This document shows positions 46,896 to 56,850 of a DNA stretch of 64,000 bases, piece by piece. This DNA is from an uncultured Deferribacteres bacterium. Its GTDB lineage: Bacteria > Zhuqueibacterota > Zhuqueibacteria > Zhuqueibacterales > Geothermadaptataceae. Location: the NCBI GenBank assembly GCA_964014485.1, contig CAXHAT010000001.1, forward strand, positions 66,946-130,945, in the 5' to 3' direction. A model generated the notes under the pieces. The model was given only the letters and a program-made list of their open reading frames with translations. It had not been told where the DNA came from and searched no databases. The first letter of the stretch is position 1, and every line of letters begins with the position of its first letter. A program made the position numbers and the translations under genes.

Positions 46896-47138
46896 ACTGA
46901 TGTTACCGCGTCTCGTTTGGCGTGCGTGATCAAAGCACGTAGGCAACTATTGATTCTTATTAGCTCCGTTCTTCAGGATACTGTTGGCGTTTTTCCCCAG
47001 GGCTTCGCCCTTCGCTATTACATTCGACCCCTTTGGGGTCAGTCTTTGGAATTCGCCAACAGTATCCTTCAGCCTGGCGCTAATGAGACAAAATTTGCCC
47101 CGAGATTTAGGCTATGCGTTGCCGCGTGTAACATCAGT
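46896..47138. mobile_element. MITE-like element, copy 2 (11-bp TIR ACTGATGTTAC) containing a nested TIR element
   Basis: actgatgttac...gtaacatcagt flanked by T runs; inner gatactgttggcg...cgccaacagtatc flanked by direct cttcag. Confidence 0.72.
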
Positions 47139-47637
47139 TTTTTATTTTAAACCTTGAACTTTGAGCGTAATCCGTACCGAACGATAACAAAGATTATTTT
47201 TAGAATGACACGAGGGCGGCTTTTTCGACGGTCTCGTTTAGCTTTGAATTTTTCCGGCCGTTTGCAGAAAGTTTAATTTTCTGCAATTTAAGAGCAGGCT
47301 CAGGTTCCGCAACTTCACCGTCGCATTTGTACATTTCACTGATGTGCCGCGGCGCTATTCTCGTAAGATTTTCTTGTTCCACCTGAGTTTGTTTTTTATA
47401 TTCGCTGCTCTTTTTGTGACGGCCCAGCAACATTTTGACCCGACGCTTGAACCAGGCCCGCTTAACGATCTTTTCCAGCCTGACTCCAAAAGGATGTGGT
47501 TGGTCTGGCGACTTCTAAACCTGAAACATCCTGTCCGCGGCGCAGCATTTTGATAAATCATTACTGTAATGAATCTGCGTCACCCTTTGAAAAAACAACT
47601 GTGGTCTTCTGTGATCGCGCAACAGGTGAGAAATGCT

Positions 47638-49245
47638 ATGGAAACTAATCGAGTATTAGCCCTTCCCCAAAAAACGCAGCCTCTTTCCAAAACTCATAAA
47701 AACAAGCTTTTGGAAGGCCAGATTTCACGGCTGAACAGAATCGGCATCGCGCTTTCGAGCGAGCACAATCTGAAAAGACTGCTCGAAATGATCGTTGAAG
47801 AAGCGCGCCATTTTACCAACGCCGACGGCGGCAGTCTCTACATACGCGAGGGCGACAAGCTCAATTTCATTGTCGCGCAAACGGAGTCCCTGCGCGGCAA
47901 GGCGCCCAGCGGCGGCCAAAACGGCTTTCGTTCTTCATACTTGCCTTTGACAAAAGAAAGCATCGGCGGCTATGTTGCGATTACCGGCACCATCCTGAAT
48001 TTGGACGACGCTTACTTGATTCCGCCGACAGTAGAATATCGCCTCAACAAAGATTTCGACAACCGCTTTGACTATCGCACAAAATCGATGTTGATCGTTC
48101 CAATGCGCGACCATGAAGATGACATTATTGGCGTGCTGCAATTGATCAATTCCCTCGACGAAAATAAAAAAGTCATCCCTTTTAAACCCGAATACGAAAC
48201 CCTCATCCACTCCATCGCAAGCCAAGCGGCGGTCGCGATCCGTAACGCCAAACTCATTGAAGAAATCAAAAATCTGTTTCGATCTCTTGTTCGTTATTCA
48301 GCCCGAGCGATCGATGCTCGAAGTCCGCACACCGCAGGTCATTCCGGGCGCGTGGCAAAATATTGCGTTCGCATCATGGAAGCGATCAATGAAGTTGAGA
48401 AAGGACCGTTAAAAGACGTCAGCTATTCCGCCCAGGAAATTGAAGAAATGCGCATGGCGGGCTGGCTGCACGACATCGGAAAGATTGGCGTGCGAGAATC
48501 TGTGTTGGAAAAGCGCAACAAGCTCACCGATGAGAAGATGGAAGCGATTGCAACGCGCTTCGCTTTTATCAAATCGCTTGAAATCATTCGAAACGAAGAG
48601 CCGGTTTCGGCAAATACGAGCCGTCAAACGAACGGGCACGCTCCTCTAAACGGCGTTAACGGCGCCTGCGCCAATAGAATTACACAAATTGACGACGATC
48701 TCATTTTCCTGAAACGGATCAATCTGCCCGGCTTTTTGCAGGAAGATGACCGCACTCGCCTCAAGGAAATCGCGGAAAAAACCTATGTTGATCTGAATGG
48801 CGAAACGCATTACTTTTTAACGCCGGTTGAGTATGAAAATCTTTCCGTGATTCGCGGCAACTTAACCAACGCAGAATATCGCGAAATCCAATCTCACGTC
48901 GACCAGACGTTGTCGATTCTTGAAAACATTCCATTTACCAAAGATTTGGAAAATATACCCAAATTCGCCGCGGCGCATCATGAGATGCTCGATGGCAGCG
49001 GCTACCCGCGCGGACTCGTTGGGGATCAAATTCCTCTTCGCGGCAGGATCATGGCGGTAAGTGACGTTTATGACGCTTTGACTGCTTCGGATCGCCCGTA
49101 CAAAAAAGCCGTCCCGATTGAAAAGAGTCTGGCAATACTCCGCGATGAAGCGGATCGCGGGCGTTTGGATTCCGTGATCGTTGAATTATTTATCGAGAAA
49201 AGACTCTACGAACGCCGCTCCGAAACCGAGGATGACGACGAATAG
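47638..49245 (+). CDS. GAF + HD-GYP cyclic dinucleotide phosphodiesterase
   Basis: ADGGSLY GAF, HTAGHS, LHDIGK, HHEMLDGSGYP, DVYDALT, RPYK. Confidence 0.92.
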   Translation: METNRVLALPQKTQPLSKTHKNKLLEGQISRLNRIGIALSSEHNLKRLLEMIVEEARHFTNADGGSLYIREGDKLNFIVAQTESLRGKAPSGGQNGFRSSYLPLTKESIGGYVAITGTILNLDDAYLIPPTVEYRLNKDFDNRFDYRTKSMLIVPMRDHEDDIIGVLQLINSLDENKKVIPFKPEYETLIHSIASQAAVAIRNAKLIEEIKNLFRSLVRYSARAIDARSPHTAGHSGRVAKYCVRIMEAINEVEKGPLKDVSYSAQEIEEMRMAGWLHDIGKIGVRESVLEKRNKLTDEKMEAIATRFAFIKSLEIIRNEEPVSANTSRQTNGHAPLNGVNGACANRITQIDDDLIFLKRINLPGFLQEDDRTRLKEIAEKTYVDLNGETHYFLTPVEYENLSVIRGNLTNAEYREIQSHVDQTLSILENIPFTKDLENIPKFAAAHHEMLDGSGYPRGLVGDQIPLRGRIMAVSDVYDALTASDRPYKKAVPIEKSLAILRDEADRGRLDSVIVELFIEKRLYERRSETEDDDE

Positions 49246-49275
49246 TAAACGCTTCATAAAATTAGCACACCAAAT

Positions 49276-49302
49276 GTAGGGCGTATAGCAATACGCCGCT
49301 AC
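49276..49302. repeat. REP hairpin (GTAG family)
   Basis: gtagggcgtatagcaatacgccgctac. Confidence 0.6.
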
Positions 49303-49316
49303 CTTCGTAGTATTTC

Positions 49317-49345
49317 AAAAGCCCTCAGACATTGAGGGCTTTTTT
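49317..49345 (+). terminator. Intrinsic terminator
   Basis: aaaagccctca-gacat-tgagggctttttt. Confidence 0.8.
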
Positions 49346-49395
49346 ATTTGCCGCCGTTTTCTATATTTGAAGTTCAAAAATATTGAGTTTGGCCT

Positions 49396-50730
49396 ATGGA
49401 TTTATTCGACAATATTGGCAAGGAACAGGCGGAAAAAGACAAGCCGCTCGCCGATTTCATGCGTCCCAGGGATTTGGCGACGTTTTTTGGGCAGGAGCAT
49501 CTCGTCGGCGAGAATGCGCCGATTGCCGGATTGTTGGAAAACAAACAGCCGATTTCCATGATCTTTTGGGGGCCGCCCGGCGTTGGAAAAACGACGCTCG
49601 CCCGGATTTTCGCTAATGCTTGCGACGCTGAGTTAATCGAATTAAGCGCCGTCACCAGCGGCGTTGCGGACGTGCGCGAGGCGCTCAAAAAAGGCGATGC
49701 GAACAAGAGCTTGGGCCGCAGCACGATTCTTTTCATCGACGAGATCCATCGCTTTAACAAAGCGCAGCAAGACGCGCTTTTGCACAGCGTTGAGCGCGGA
49801 ACAGTCGTTTTGATCGGTGCGACGACGGAGAATCCTTCTTTTGAAGTGATTTCAGCCCTTCTTTCCCGCTGCCGCGTCTATACTTTGAAATCGCTGTCAG
49901 ACGAAGCAATGCACGAGCTGTTAGCGGCGGCTTCAGAAGCCTATTTTTCGAAGCATGGCGAACCGATTGAAATTGAGAAAACCGCGGCGAAAGGCATTAC
50001 ACAACTGGCCAACGGCGACGCTCGCGAATTGATTAACGGCTTGGAATTGGCGGCGTTCTTAACCAAGAAATCGGACGACGGTGTTCGGCGCATTTCTCTT
50101 AAAGCTGTGAATTCCGTTTTTCAGCGCAAAACATCGCGCTACGACAAAAACGCCGATTCGCACTACGACACGATTTCAGCATTCATCAAAAGCATTCGCG
50201 GCAGCGATCCAAACGCGGGTTTGCATTATTTAGCGCGTATGCTTGAAGGCGGCGAGGAACCGTTATTCATCGCGCGACGTTTGATTATTTTGGCGAGTGA
50301 GGATATTGGCAACGCCGATCCGCAGGCTCTTGTGCTTGCGACTTCAGCTTATCAGGCCGTCCATGCGATTGGCATGCCGGAAGCGCAGCTCGTTCTTGCG
50401 CAAGCGACAACCTATTTGGCTTCGGCGCCGAAAAGCAACGCCAGTTATGTCGCACTAAAAGCGGCGAAAGAAGATTTGCAGACAAAAGCCGTCGCGCCTA
50501 TCCCGATGCATATTCGGAACGCGCCGACAAAATTCATGGCGGAGCAAGGCTATGGCAAAGATTATCAATATCCGCACGACCACCCCGGCGGATTTGTAGA
50601 GGAAGACTATTTGCCGGAAAATTTGCAGGGAAAAATTTATTACCAGCCTACCGGAAGAGGGCAAGAGGAGACGATTCTAAACAGACTGAAGCAGCTATGG
50701 AAAAAATACGCTGAAAACAAGGATGTATGA
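49396..50730 (+). CDS. rarA: Replication-associated recombination protein A (RarA/MgsA)
   Basis: PLADFMRP, GPPGVGKT, DEIHRFNKAQQD, ATTENP, SAFIKSIRGSD, EDIG. Confidence 0.95.
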   Translation: MDLFDNIGKEQAEKDKPLADFMRPRDLATFFGQEHLVGENAPIAGLLENKQPISMIFWGPPGVGKTTLARIFANACDAELIELSAVTSGVADVREALKKGDANKSLGRSTILFIDEIHRFNKAQQDALLHSVERGTVVLIGATTENPSFEVISALLSRCRVYTLKSLSDEAMHELLAAASEAYFSKHGEPIEIEKTAAKGITQLANGDARELINGLELAAFLTKKSDDGVRRISLKAVNSVFQRKTSRYDKNADSHYDTISAFIKSIRGSDPNAGLHYLARMLEGGEEPLFIARRLIILASEDIGNADPQALVLATSAYQAVHAIGMPEAQLVLAQATTYLASAPKSNASYVALKAAKEDLQTKAVAPIPMHIRNAPTKFMAEQGYGKDYQYPHDHPGGFVEEDYLPENLQGKIYYQPTGRGQEETILNRLKQLWKKYAENKDV

Positions 50731-50782
50731 ATTTGTTTTCACACAATCGTCTTCACACGAGCAACTGGGGCTTCCCCAAAAA

Positions 50783-50872
50783 CAGCCTGAAGGCTGAACT
50801 ACAAACCACTGTGCTTTCGCTGAAATCAGAGTTGAAGCGAACTCCGTCGTTTGTAGTTCAAACTTTAGTTTG
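50783..50872. repeat. REP pair (GTAGTTCA family) overlapping the lptD 5' end
   Basis: cagcctgaaggctgaactacaaac (50783-50806) and inverted gtttgtagttcaaactttagtttg (50849-50872). Confidence 0.7.
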
Positions 50873-53519
50873 TATAATTTTCATGTTTTCTTCAGAACTC
50901 TTCGCCCAAACAGACTCAACGAAAACGCTATCCCTGACAAACGGTCGCGGCCAAGCCTCCGCGGACTCCAATTTGGCCGTCATAAATCCTGCCAGCAGCG
51001 GGCTCGATGCACCAGTATCTTACGACGCCCGATCCATCTATACTGATTTTATCACGCAAAGGTCTGTTCTTACCGGCGACGCAATTGTAAAATACAAGGA
51101 AATCACCATTGAAGCCGGACGCATATTTGTCGATATGCCGAACAAGATGCTCATCGCCGAGGCCGTTGCGGAAACGCTGACCACAAGCCAGGACTCTCTC
51201 GCCCTTGCTGAGCTTGACAGTTTTGAAGTGCACGTCGTCGGCCACCCGGTTTTGATCGAGGGCAACGAACGGATTGTCGGCGACAAAATGGAGTTCAACT
51301 TTGAAACGCAGCGCGGCCGCATCGTTCGCGGGCGGACGAAAATGGAAGGCGGGCACTTCACCGGCGATGCAATCAAGCGCGTTTCTGAAAAAGTTTTCAA
51401 CGTTCGCGGCGGCACCTTCACGACTTGCGACAAGGAAGACAGCCCGCATTTTCATTTTTGGGCGCAAAAAATGAAGCTCATCGAGGGCGAGCGAATTATC
51501 GCCAAACCGATTGTCTTGTTTTTTGGCCAAATTCCAGTGTTGGCTTTGCCGTTTGGCATGTTTCCGACCGAGACCGGGCGGCGCAGCGGCATCATTATTC
51601 CGAAATATGGTCAGACTTCAGACGAAGGGCGCTCCTTGCGGGACTTGGGTTATTACTGGGCGATCAGCGATTACATGGATGCGCGCCTGACCGCCGATTT
51701 TTTTGAAAAATCCGGCTGGATCATGAACGGCAATTTCAATTACAATTGGCGCTATCATTTTCGCGGCAGCATTTCAGGCTCGTTAACGCGAAAGAACTTT
51801 GCAAGCACCGGCAGAAACCAGCGCACCTGGAATGTTCGCGTCAATCACAGTCAGGAAATCAACAAGTCTTCATCTTTTAACGTCAGCGCCAATTTTGTCA
51901 ATGACAATTCTTTCCTTCGTACTTTCAGCCTCGATCAGGACGAGCGCCTTCAGCGTGAAATCAGCTCCCAAGCGACCTACACAAAACGCTGGAAATCTCT
52001 ACGCTCTAACATGTCGCTCAACCTTTCCGAGACGCGCGATACTGAGAGCGGACGAATTGTGCGCAGTCTTCCACGTCTGACTTTTAATTTCAGTGAACGC
52101 GCCATTTTCGCCCGAAAGAAGCCCGGAGCAAATCAAGGCTACGGACTTGGCGGCGCAACGAGCGCTTCAGCCAGTTCCAATCAAAAAGCAAAATGGTATG
52201 AAAATATTTATTTTGGCTTTCGGACAAATGCGCAGAGCCAATTCAACCGAACGCCGGACACGGAGATCGATTCGATTTTCACTGAGGACACAAAATCCTT
52301 CGCTTCCAACGACTTCAATCTGCGGTTAAATTCGCCCAACAAGTTTTTTGGCTGGCTTTCGTTGAATCAGCGCCTCGCCGTCGATCAGGATTTTTTCGAC
52401 AGGACGCAGATTTATGAAGACTCGACCGGACTCGTCAGCGGAGAATTTGACAAGGGTTTTTTCGTCCGGCATCTGTTTAATTACGCACTTTCCGGCAACA
52501 CAAAGCTCTACGGCATGTTCTCGCCGAGCATTGGGCCGATCAAGGCGGTGCGACACGTCGTGACGCCGAGCATCAGCTTAAATTATCAGCCGGATTTTTC
52601 TTCCGAACGCTGGGGCTATTTTCAGAATTACGTCGACGCAAACGGCGATACGTTGCAAGGCGACCGATTCGCCAACACGGGCGGCTCTCGAACGCCTTCC
52701 ACGCAGATTGCCGGCATGAGTTTTTCGGTTGATAATTTGTTCCAAATGAAAACCGAAAACAAGGAAGGGAAAGAAAAGAAGTTTAATCTTTTCAATGTGC
52801 GTTTTGGCTCGGCCTATAACTTCGCCGCCGAACGCAAAAGATTGAGTAATCTTTCCACCTCACTCAGCGCAAACCCGATTAACAATCTCAGTCTAAGCGT
52901 CAACATGTCGCACAGTCCCTACCAGTTTGATGATTCCACCGGCGTGGAGTTGGACAGCTATTTGTGGGCGGGCAGAAGTTTACTCAAGGGCGGGTTTCTG
53001 CGGCTGACAAATTTGTCCATAACATCCCGCCTCACTTTAAAAGGCAAGTCAACCGGCGGCGTTGAAGCTTCGACGACGGAGCCGCCCCCTTATATTGATG
53101 ACTATGGCGGCGGTTTCGGCAATAACTTCAATCGTTTCGAGGGCGGACGGCAACAGTCTTTTGCCAGCGAAGGCGTTTCATGGCGGGCGAGTTTTTCGCT
53201 TTCGTACAGCCTGAGCAAGTTCAATCCCCTCAACCCCAGCAAGCGAGCAAATCTCAATATTTCCAACGTTGACGTCGGGCTGACCAAAAACTGGCGGGTA
53301 CAATTTCGCGGTAATTTTGATTTACAAAAGTTGCAAATGGACGGTCAAAACTGGTCGATCCGTCGCGAATTGCATTGCTGGGAGTTTTCGGTCAATTGGA
53401 CGCCAACCGGCGCCGCCAGCGGATTCTACTTTCGCATCAACGCCAAAGCGCCGCAATTGCGTGATTTAAAATACGAAAAACGCTCGGGGCGGTCTACGTT
53501 GTTTGATCGACCATTCTAA
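50832..53519 (+). CDS. lptD: Putative LPS-assembly protein LptD (Bacteroidota-type)
   Basis: FTTCD...PHFHF, GYYWAISDYMD, VRHVVTP, RELHCWEF. The start is uncertain (TTG 50832 or ATG 50727). Confidence 0.85.
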   Translation: MKRTPSFVVQTLVCIIFMFSSELFAQTDSTKTLSLTNGRGQASADSNLAVINPASSGLDAPVSYDARSIYTDFITQRSVLTGDAIVKYKEITIEAGRIFVDMPNKMLIAEAVAETLTTSQDSLALAELDSFEVHVVGHPVLIEGNERIVGDKMEFNFETQRGRIVRGRTKMEGGHFTGDAIKRVSEKVFNVRGGTFTTCDKEDSPHFHFWAQKMKLIEGERIIAKPIVLFFGQIPVLALPFGMFPTETGRRSGIIIPKYGQTSDEGRSLRDLGYYWAISDYMDARLTADFFEKSGWIMNGNFNYNWRYHFRGSISGSLTRKNFASTGRNQRTWNVRVNHSQEINKSSSFNVSANFVNDNSFLRTFSLDQDERLQREISSQATYTKRWKSLRSNMSLNLSETRDTESGRIVRSLPRLTFNFSERAIFARKKPGANQGYGLGGATSASASSNQKAKWYENIYFGFRTNAQSQFNRTPDTEIDSIFTEDTKSFASNDFNLRLNSPNKFFGWLSLNQRLAVDQDFFDRTQIYEDSTGLVSGEFDKGFFVRHLFNYALSGNTKLYGMFSPSIGPIKAVRHVVTPSISLNYQPDFSSERWGYFQNYVDANGDTLQGDRFANTGGSRTPSTQIAGMSFSVDNLFQMKTENKEGKEKKFNLFNVRFGSAYNFAAERKRLSNLSTSLSANPINNLSLSVNMSHSPYQFDDSTGVELDSYLWAGRSLLKGGFLRLTNLSITSRLTLKGKSTGGVEASTTEPPPYIDDYGGGFGNNFNRFEGGRQQSFASEGVSWRASFSLSYSLSKFNPLNPSKRANLNISNVDVGLTKNWRVQFRGNFDLQKLQMDGQNWSIRRELHCWEFSVNWTPTGAASGFYFRINAKAPQLRDLKYEKRSGRSTLFDRPF

Positions 53520-53552
53520 ATACTGTGACCTTTGGATAAGCAGAACTTGTAT

Positions 53553-53583
53553 AAAAAAAGCCACGCATGACGTGGCTTTTTTT
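53553..53583. terminator. Bidirectional intrinsic terminator
   Basis: aaaaaaagccacg-catga-cgtggcttttttt. Confidence 0.85.
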
Positions 53584-53654
53584 GTGTGAAGATGGCTTCG
53601 ATTTTTGAGAATCGACTTATCAGCGTTTGCGGTCTTGACCAGGAAATAACTTCG

Positions 53655-53732
53655 GAGTCAAACGCTTCAGCGTTTTGGGGCGCCTGTCATCGCTGGCGAC
53701 GATGAATCGTCGCACTCCGAAAAGAATCACTC
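53655..53732. repeat. REP-like doublet, GCACTCC family, copy 2
   Basis: Near-identical to 3947-4025. Confidence 0.8.
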
Positions 53733-53796
53733 ATAAGCACAAGAGCATCGGAGCCAACAAGCCAATCGAGTCTCATTCGCGTCAGCTTTGAACCGC

Positions 53797-56661
53797 TTAG
53801 AAAGTCATCGTAAAGCGTCCCATGGCAAGGCGGCCAATTCTCGGCGCACCGATAAATTCGCGGTGTTTGTCGTCGAACACATTCGAAACCGAGACGTCAA
53901 AACGAAGTCCTTGCGCTACGTTGGCCAAATCATAGCCGACGTTGAGATCAACCAGGAAGTATTTGTCAATCTCGCCGGAGTATGGACCGGAGCGGACTGG
54001 AAATCCTTTGACGTAACGCCCAGAACCTCCAAAGCTGAAACTGTTCGGCTTGTCATATGAAAAGCCGCCTTTAATTTTCAGCGTCGGCGCATTCAGCGCG
54101 ACCGCCAAATTCGTATCGGTCTCTTCGAGTTCTTCGTTGTCAAAAAAATCGTCGCTCACGATCGAGGCGTTGCCGAAAAAGCGAAGTTCGCTGTTGGCAA
54201 AATATTGAGCGGCGAGATCAAGTCCCCAAAAAGTCACCTCGCCGAAATTGCGGTAAGAGAGCATAAACTCAGGAACTTGCCCTACGCCAAGATCATTTTC
54301 GTTGGGAACGACAATCGCTACTGGCGTCTCCGCATCGGGCAACAAATCCGCCGCCAGCCCGGCGATAACTTCGCCGGCGCCTTCCGCTGTGAGTCCCGCC
54401 GCTTCTAATGCATTCGCTAAAATTGTATTATTTTCAACGCCCGTCGCAATGGCCGCACTCAAATCCGCTGCGAAATTTGGAACATATACAAGCGGCGTTT
54501 CCGGCAAAAGCGGCCCAACAAAATTTTTGCTTTGCACAACATAAAAGTCGGAAGCGAAAAGGAATTTGTCCTTGATCAAACCTTTGTAGCCAATTTCGAA
54601 CACCTGGCTGGTTGTTTGTTTAAGGGGCGGAACGTCACTGACGTCCGTGACAAACTTCACATCCCCGGTCGTCAAATCAGGAATGCCCATGACGCCCGCC
54701 GTCGTTCCTTCGACCTGAGTCAAAGCCGGATTTAGCAATCCAATAAAGAGATTAATAGCATCATCCGAAACGACGTCGGGATCGTTTAGAGGCGGCGGCA
54801 GCAGATTGCGAAGCAGCGGAATAGGGACTGTGGATAAATTATCATAAATCGCCTGGTAGGTATCGCCAAGAATGTTCGGCCCTAAAGGCTGCGCCGGCGG
54901 AACGGCGATTCCAGCCGCCGCCGGATTTGGGCTTATGGTTCGCGCGACTAGATCAGAACCAAATAGTGGAACAAAATCCGGATTGCGCATCCAGGTATAT
55001 CCGTCTCTTACGCCGCGTCCGCGAACATTTATCAGGCCGCCAAGTTGAGCTGCGACAATATCAAGAAAAACGGTCGTGTTTCCTGGCGATGAGAAGGCGC
55101 GGTTATATGTTGCGCGAAAAGAACTTTGTGCATTGGGTTTGAATACCGCTGCAACCCGCGGGGAGAACTGCCATTCATCAAAAATATTGTGGTGGTCTGC
55201 GCGCAAGGCCGCCGTGAAGTCAAATTTTGATGAAACGCGTGTCAGCGACTGCACATAAGCGCCAAATTCATTTATGGTGTCATCATCTTCGTTGCGCCCG
55301 AAAATCGTGCCTTCCGTATCCGGCTCTGACCGGTCGTAGTCCACGCCGACGATGATATTTTCCTTGCTGCCGAGATCAAAATCGTACTGTGCTTGCGCGT
55401 TAAATTGCGTGGAAAAATCAACGATGGGGTCGCCTGTGCCGTAAACAAAAGATGAATCGCCGCTGCTGTTTCTATTCAAGTAAGCTTGTGCGAAAAGTCG
55501 CCCGCTTTGCAGACGAATCTGACCATAATCATAACCAAACCCGTCACCCAGCGCAGTGCCGACGCCGGTTAAAAAGGTTGAAGTCAGCCGCGCCGTGCCG
55601 CCGTTTGCCGTAATCGACGTTGACGGCGTGAAACGATACTGTAAACTGGCGTTAACATTATATTTTTGATAGTCGTAATTACGCGGCCGCTTTTCAGTAT
55701 TATCGAGATCGTCTGGATCGTACGGGTTATAGTTCATCAAGTCATCGGAATCATTCGGGTCGAGTTCCCAGTCGTTCGCCTGAGCGTACTGAGCGGTTAC
55801 TTTGTAGCCAAAAGATTCACCCGCGGTTCCGGCATGACGAAAAGCGCCTGAAAACAAAGACCGTTCGCCGCCGCTTAGTGAAACCGTGGTGCCGGGATAC
55901 GTGAAAGGATCTTTGGTGATGTAGTGAATAACGCCGTTGGTTACGCCGGGGCCGTAGAGCGCTGAGCCTGGGCCGCGAACGATCTCAATTTTGTCGAGAT
56001 CAACCGTCATGTTTGGCATAATTGAGTGAGCGTTGACGCCGAGGGACGGGACGGCGGTCTGGCGATAGTCGGTCAAAATGTAGGTTGCGCCGGAAAAAGC
56101 ATTGTTGAAACCGCGAAGAACGACTTCCTTGCGGTCAATGCCTGTCTCCGCTACGTCAATGCTTGCGGTGTTCTTTAGGATGCTCACCGAAGACAATCCG
56201 ACTTGCGAACGCATTTCGGATGAACTGATCACCGAAATTGAAGCAGGCGCTTCAAGCGTTTTTTCCGGACGACGGGAGGCGGAAACGGAAATGGCATTAG
56301 CAAAAATGCCGGTAAGTTCAAGTGCGCCGTCAATGGTTTTGGTCTCGCCCGCGGCTAATGAAACGCTTTCGAACGTTTTGGCTCCGTAGCCGATAAAAGA
56401 AATTTCAATGAAGTAAGTCCCGGGATCAAGATTTTTTACGGTAAACGATCCGTCAGCGCCGGACGCGGCCCCGCTTGGCGCGCCTTGTGTTCCGGCGAGT
56501 CTCACAACAACATTTGCTCCAGGTAAAGCTTCACCGGACTGTGCGTCTGTGACGGTCCCGGTAATCGTGGCTTTTTGCGCCAACGCGGATGAATTGACAA
56601 AACCCATGAGAACGAGACAGACAAGACTTGCGCCCCAGCGCACGAATTGACGCTTCTTCAT
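53797..56661 (-). CDS. TonB-dependent receptor with N-terminal carboxypeptidase-like domain
   Basis: GEALPGANV, VSASRR...APASISV, IEIVRGPGSALYG, NVFD, terminal Phe. Confidence 0.92.
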   Translation of the reverse strand: MKKRQFVRWGASLVCLVLMGFVNSSALAQKATITGTVTDAQSGEALPGANVVVRLAGTQGAPSGAASGADGSFTVKNLDPGTYFIEISFIGYGAKTFESVSLAAGETKTIDGALELTGIFANAISVSASRRPEKTLEAPASISVISSSEMRSQVGLSSVSILKNTASIDVAETGIDRKEVVLRGFNNAFSGATYILTDYRQTAVPSLGVNAHSIMPNMTVDLDKIEIVRGPGSALYGPGVTNGVIHYITKDPFTYPGTTVSLSGGERSLFSGAFRHAGTAGESFGYKVTAQYAQANDWELDPNDSDDLMNYNPYDPDDLDNTEKRPRNYDYQKYNVNASLQYRFTPSTSITANGGTARLTSTFLTGVGTALGDGFGYDYGQIRLQSGRLFAQAYLNRNSSGDSSFVYGTGDPIVDFSTQFNAQAQYDFDLGSKENIIVGVDYDRSEPDTEGTIFGRNEDDDTINEFGAYVQSLTRVSSKFDFTAALRADHHNIFDEWQFSPRVAAVFKPNAQSSFRATYNRAFSSPGNTTVFLDIVAAQLGGLINVRGRGVRDGYTWMRNPDFVPLFGSDLVARTISPNPAAAGIAVPPAQPLGPNILGDTYQAIYDNLSTVPIPLLRNLLPPPLNDPDVVSDDAINLFIGLLNPALTQVEGTTAGVMGIPDLTTGDVKFVTDVSDVPPLKQTTSQVFEIGYKGLIKDKFLFASDFYVVQSKNFVGPLLPETPLVYVPNFAADLSAAIATGVENNTILANALEAAGLTAEGAGEVIAGLAADLLPDAETPVAIVVPNENDLGVGQVPEFMLSYRNFGEVTFWGLDLAAQYFANSELRFFGNASIVSDDFFDNEELEETDTNLAVALNAPTLKIKGGFSYDKPNSFSFGGSGRYVKGFPVRSGPYSGEIDKYFLVDLNVGYDLANVAQGLRFDVSVSNVFDDKHREFIGAPRIGRLAMGRFTMTF

Positions 56662-56730
56662 AGATTTCTCCTTCGGTTAAGTGAATAAAAAACAGGCAGC
56701 CAGTCGCGGCAGGACTGTAAAAAACGGCTC

Positions 56731-56759
56731 AAGATACACACGGGTCAAAGTATTGTCAA
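56731..56759 (-). promoter_or_regulatory. Sigma70-like promoter of the TonB receptor gene
   Basis: Minus strand reads TTGACA-17 nt-TATCTT. Confidence 0.6.
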
Positions 56760-56850
56760 GTTATTTGGGTTGGCGGGGTCTAACGCTCTAAATCAGCGGC
56801 GTTCGGGATTTTCGCCTTTCAAAAATCCTGAAAGCTTGCCAAATATTTCA

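Noticed and set aside
47200..47561. Small ORFs between the MITE and the HD-GYP gene
   Set aside because: No recognisable motif or clear RBS; cannot be supported.
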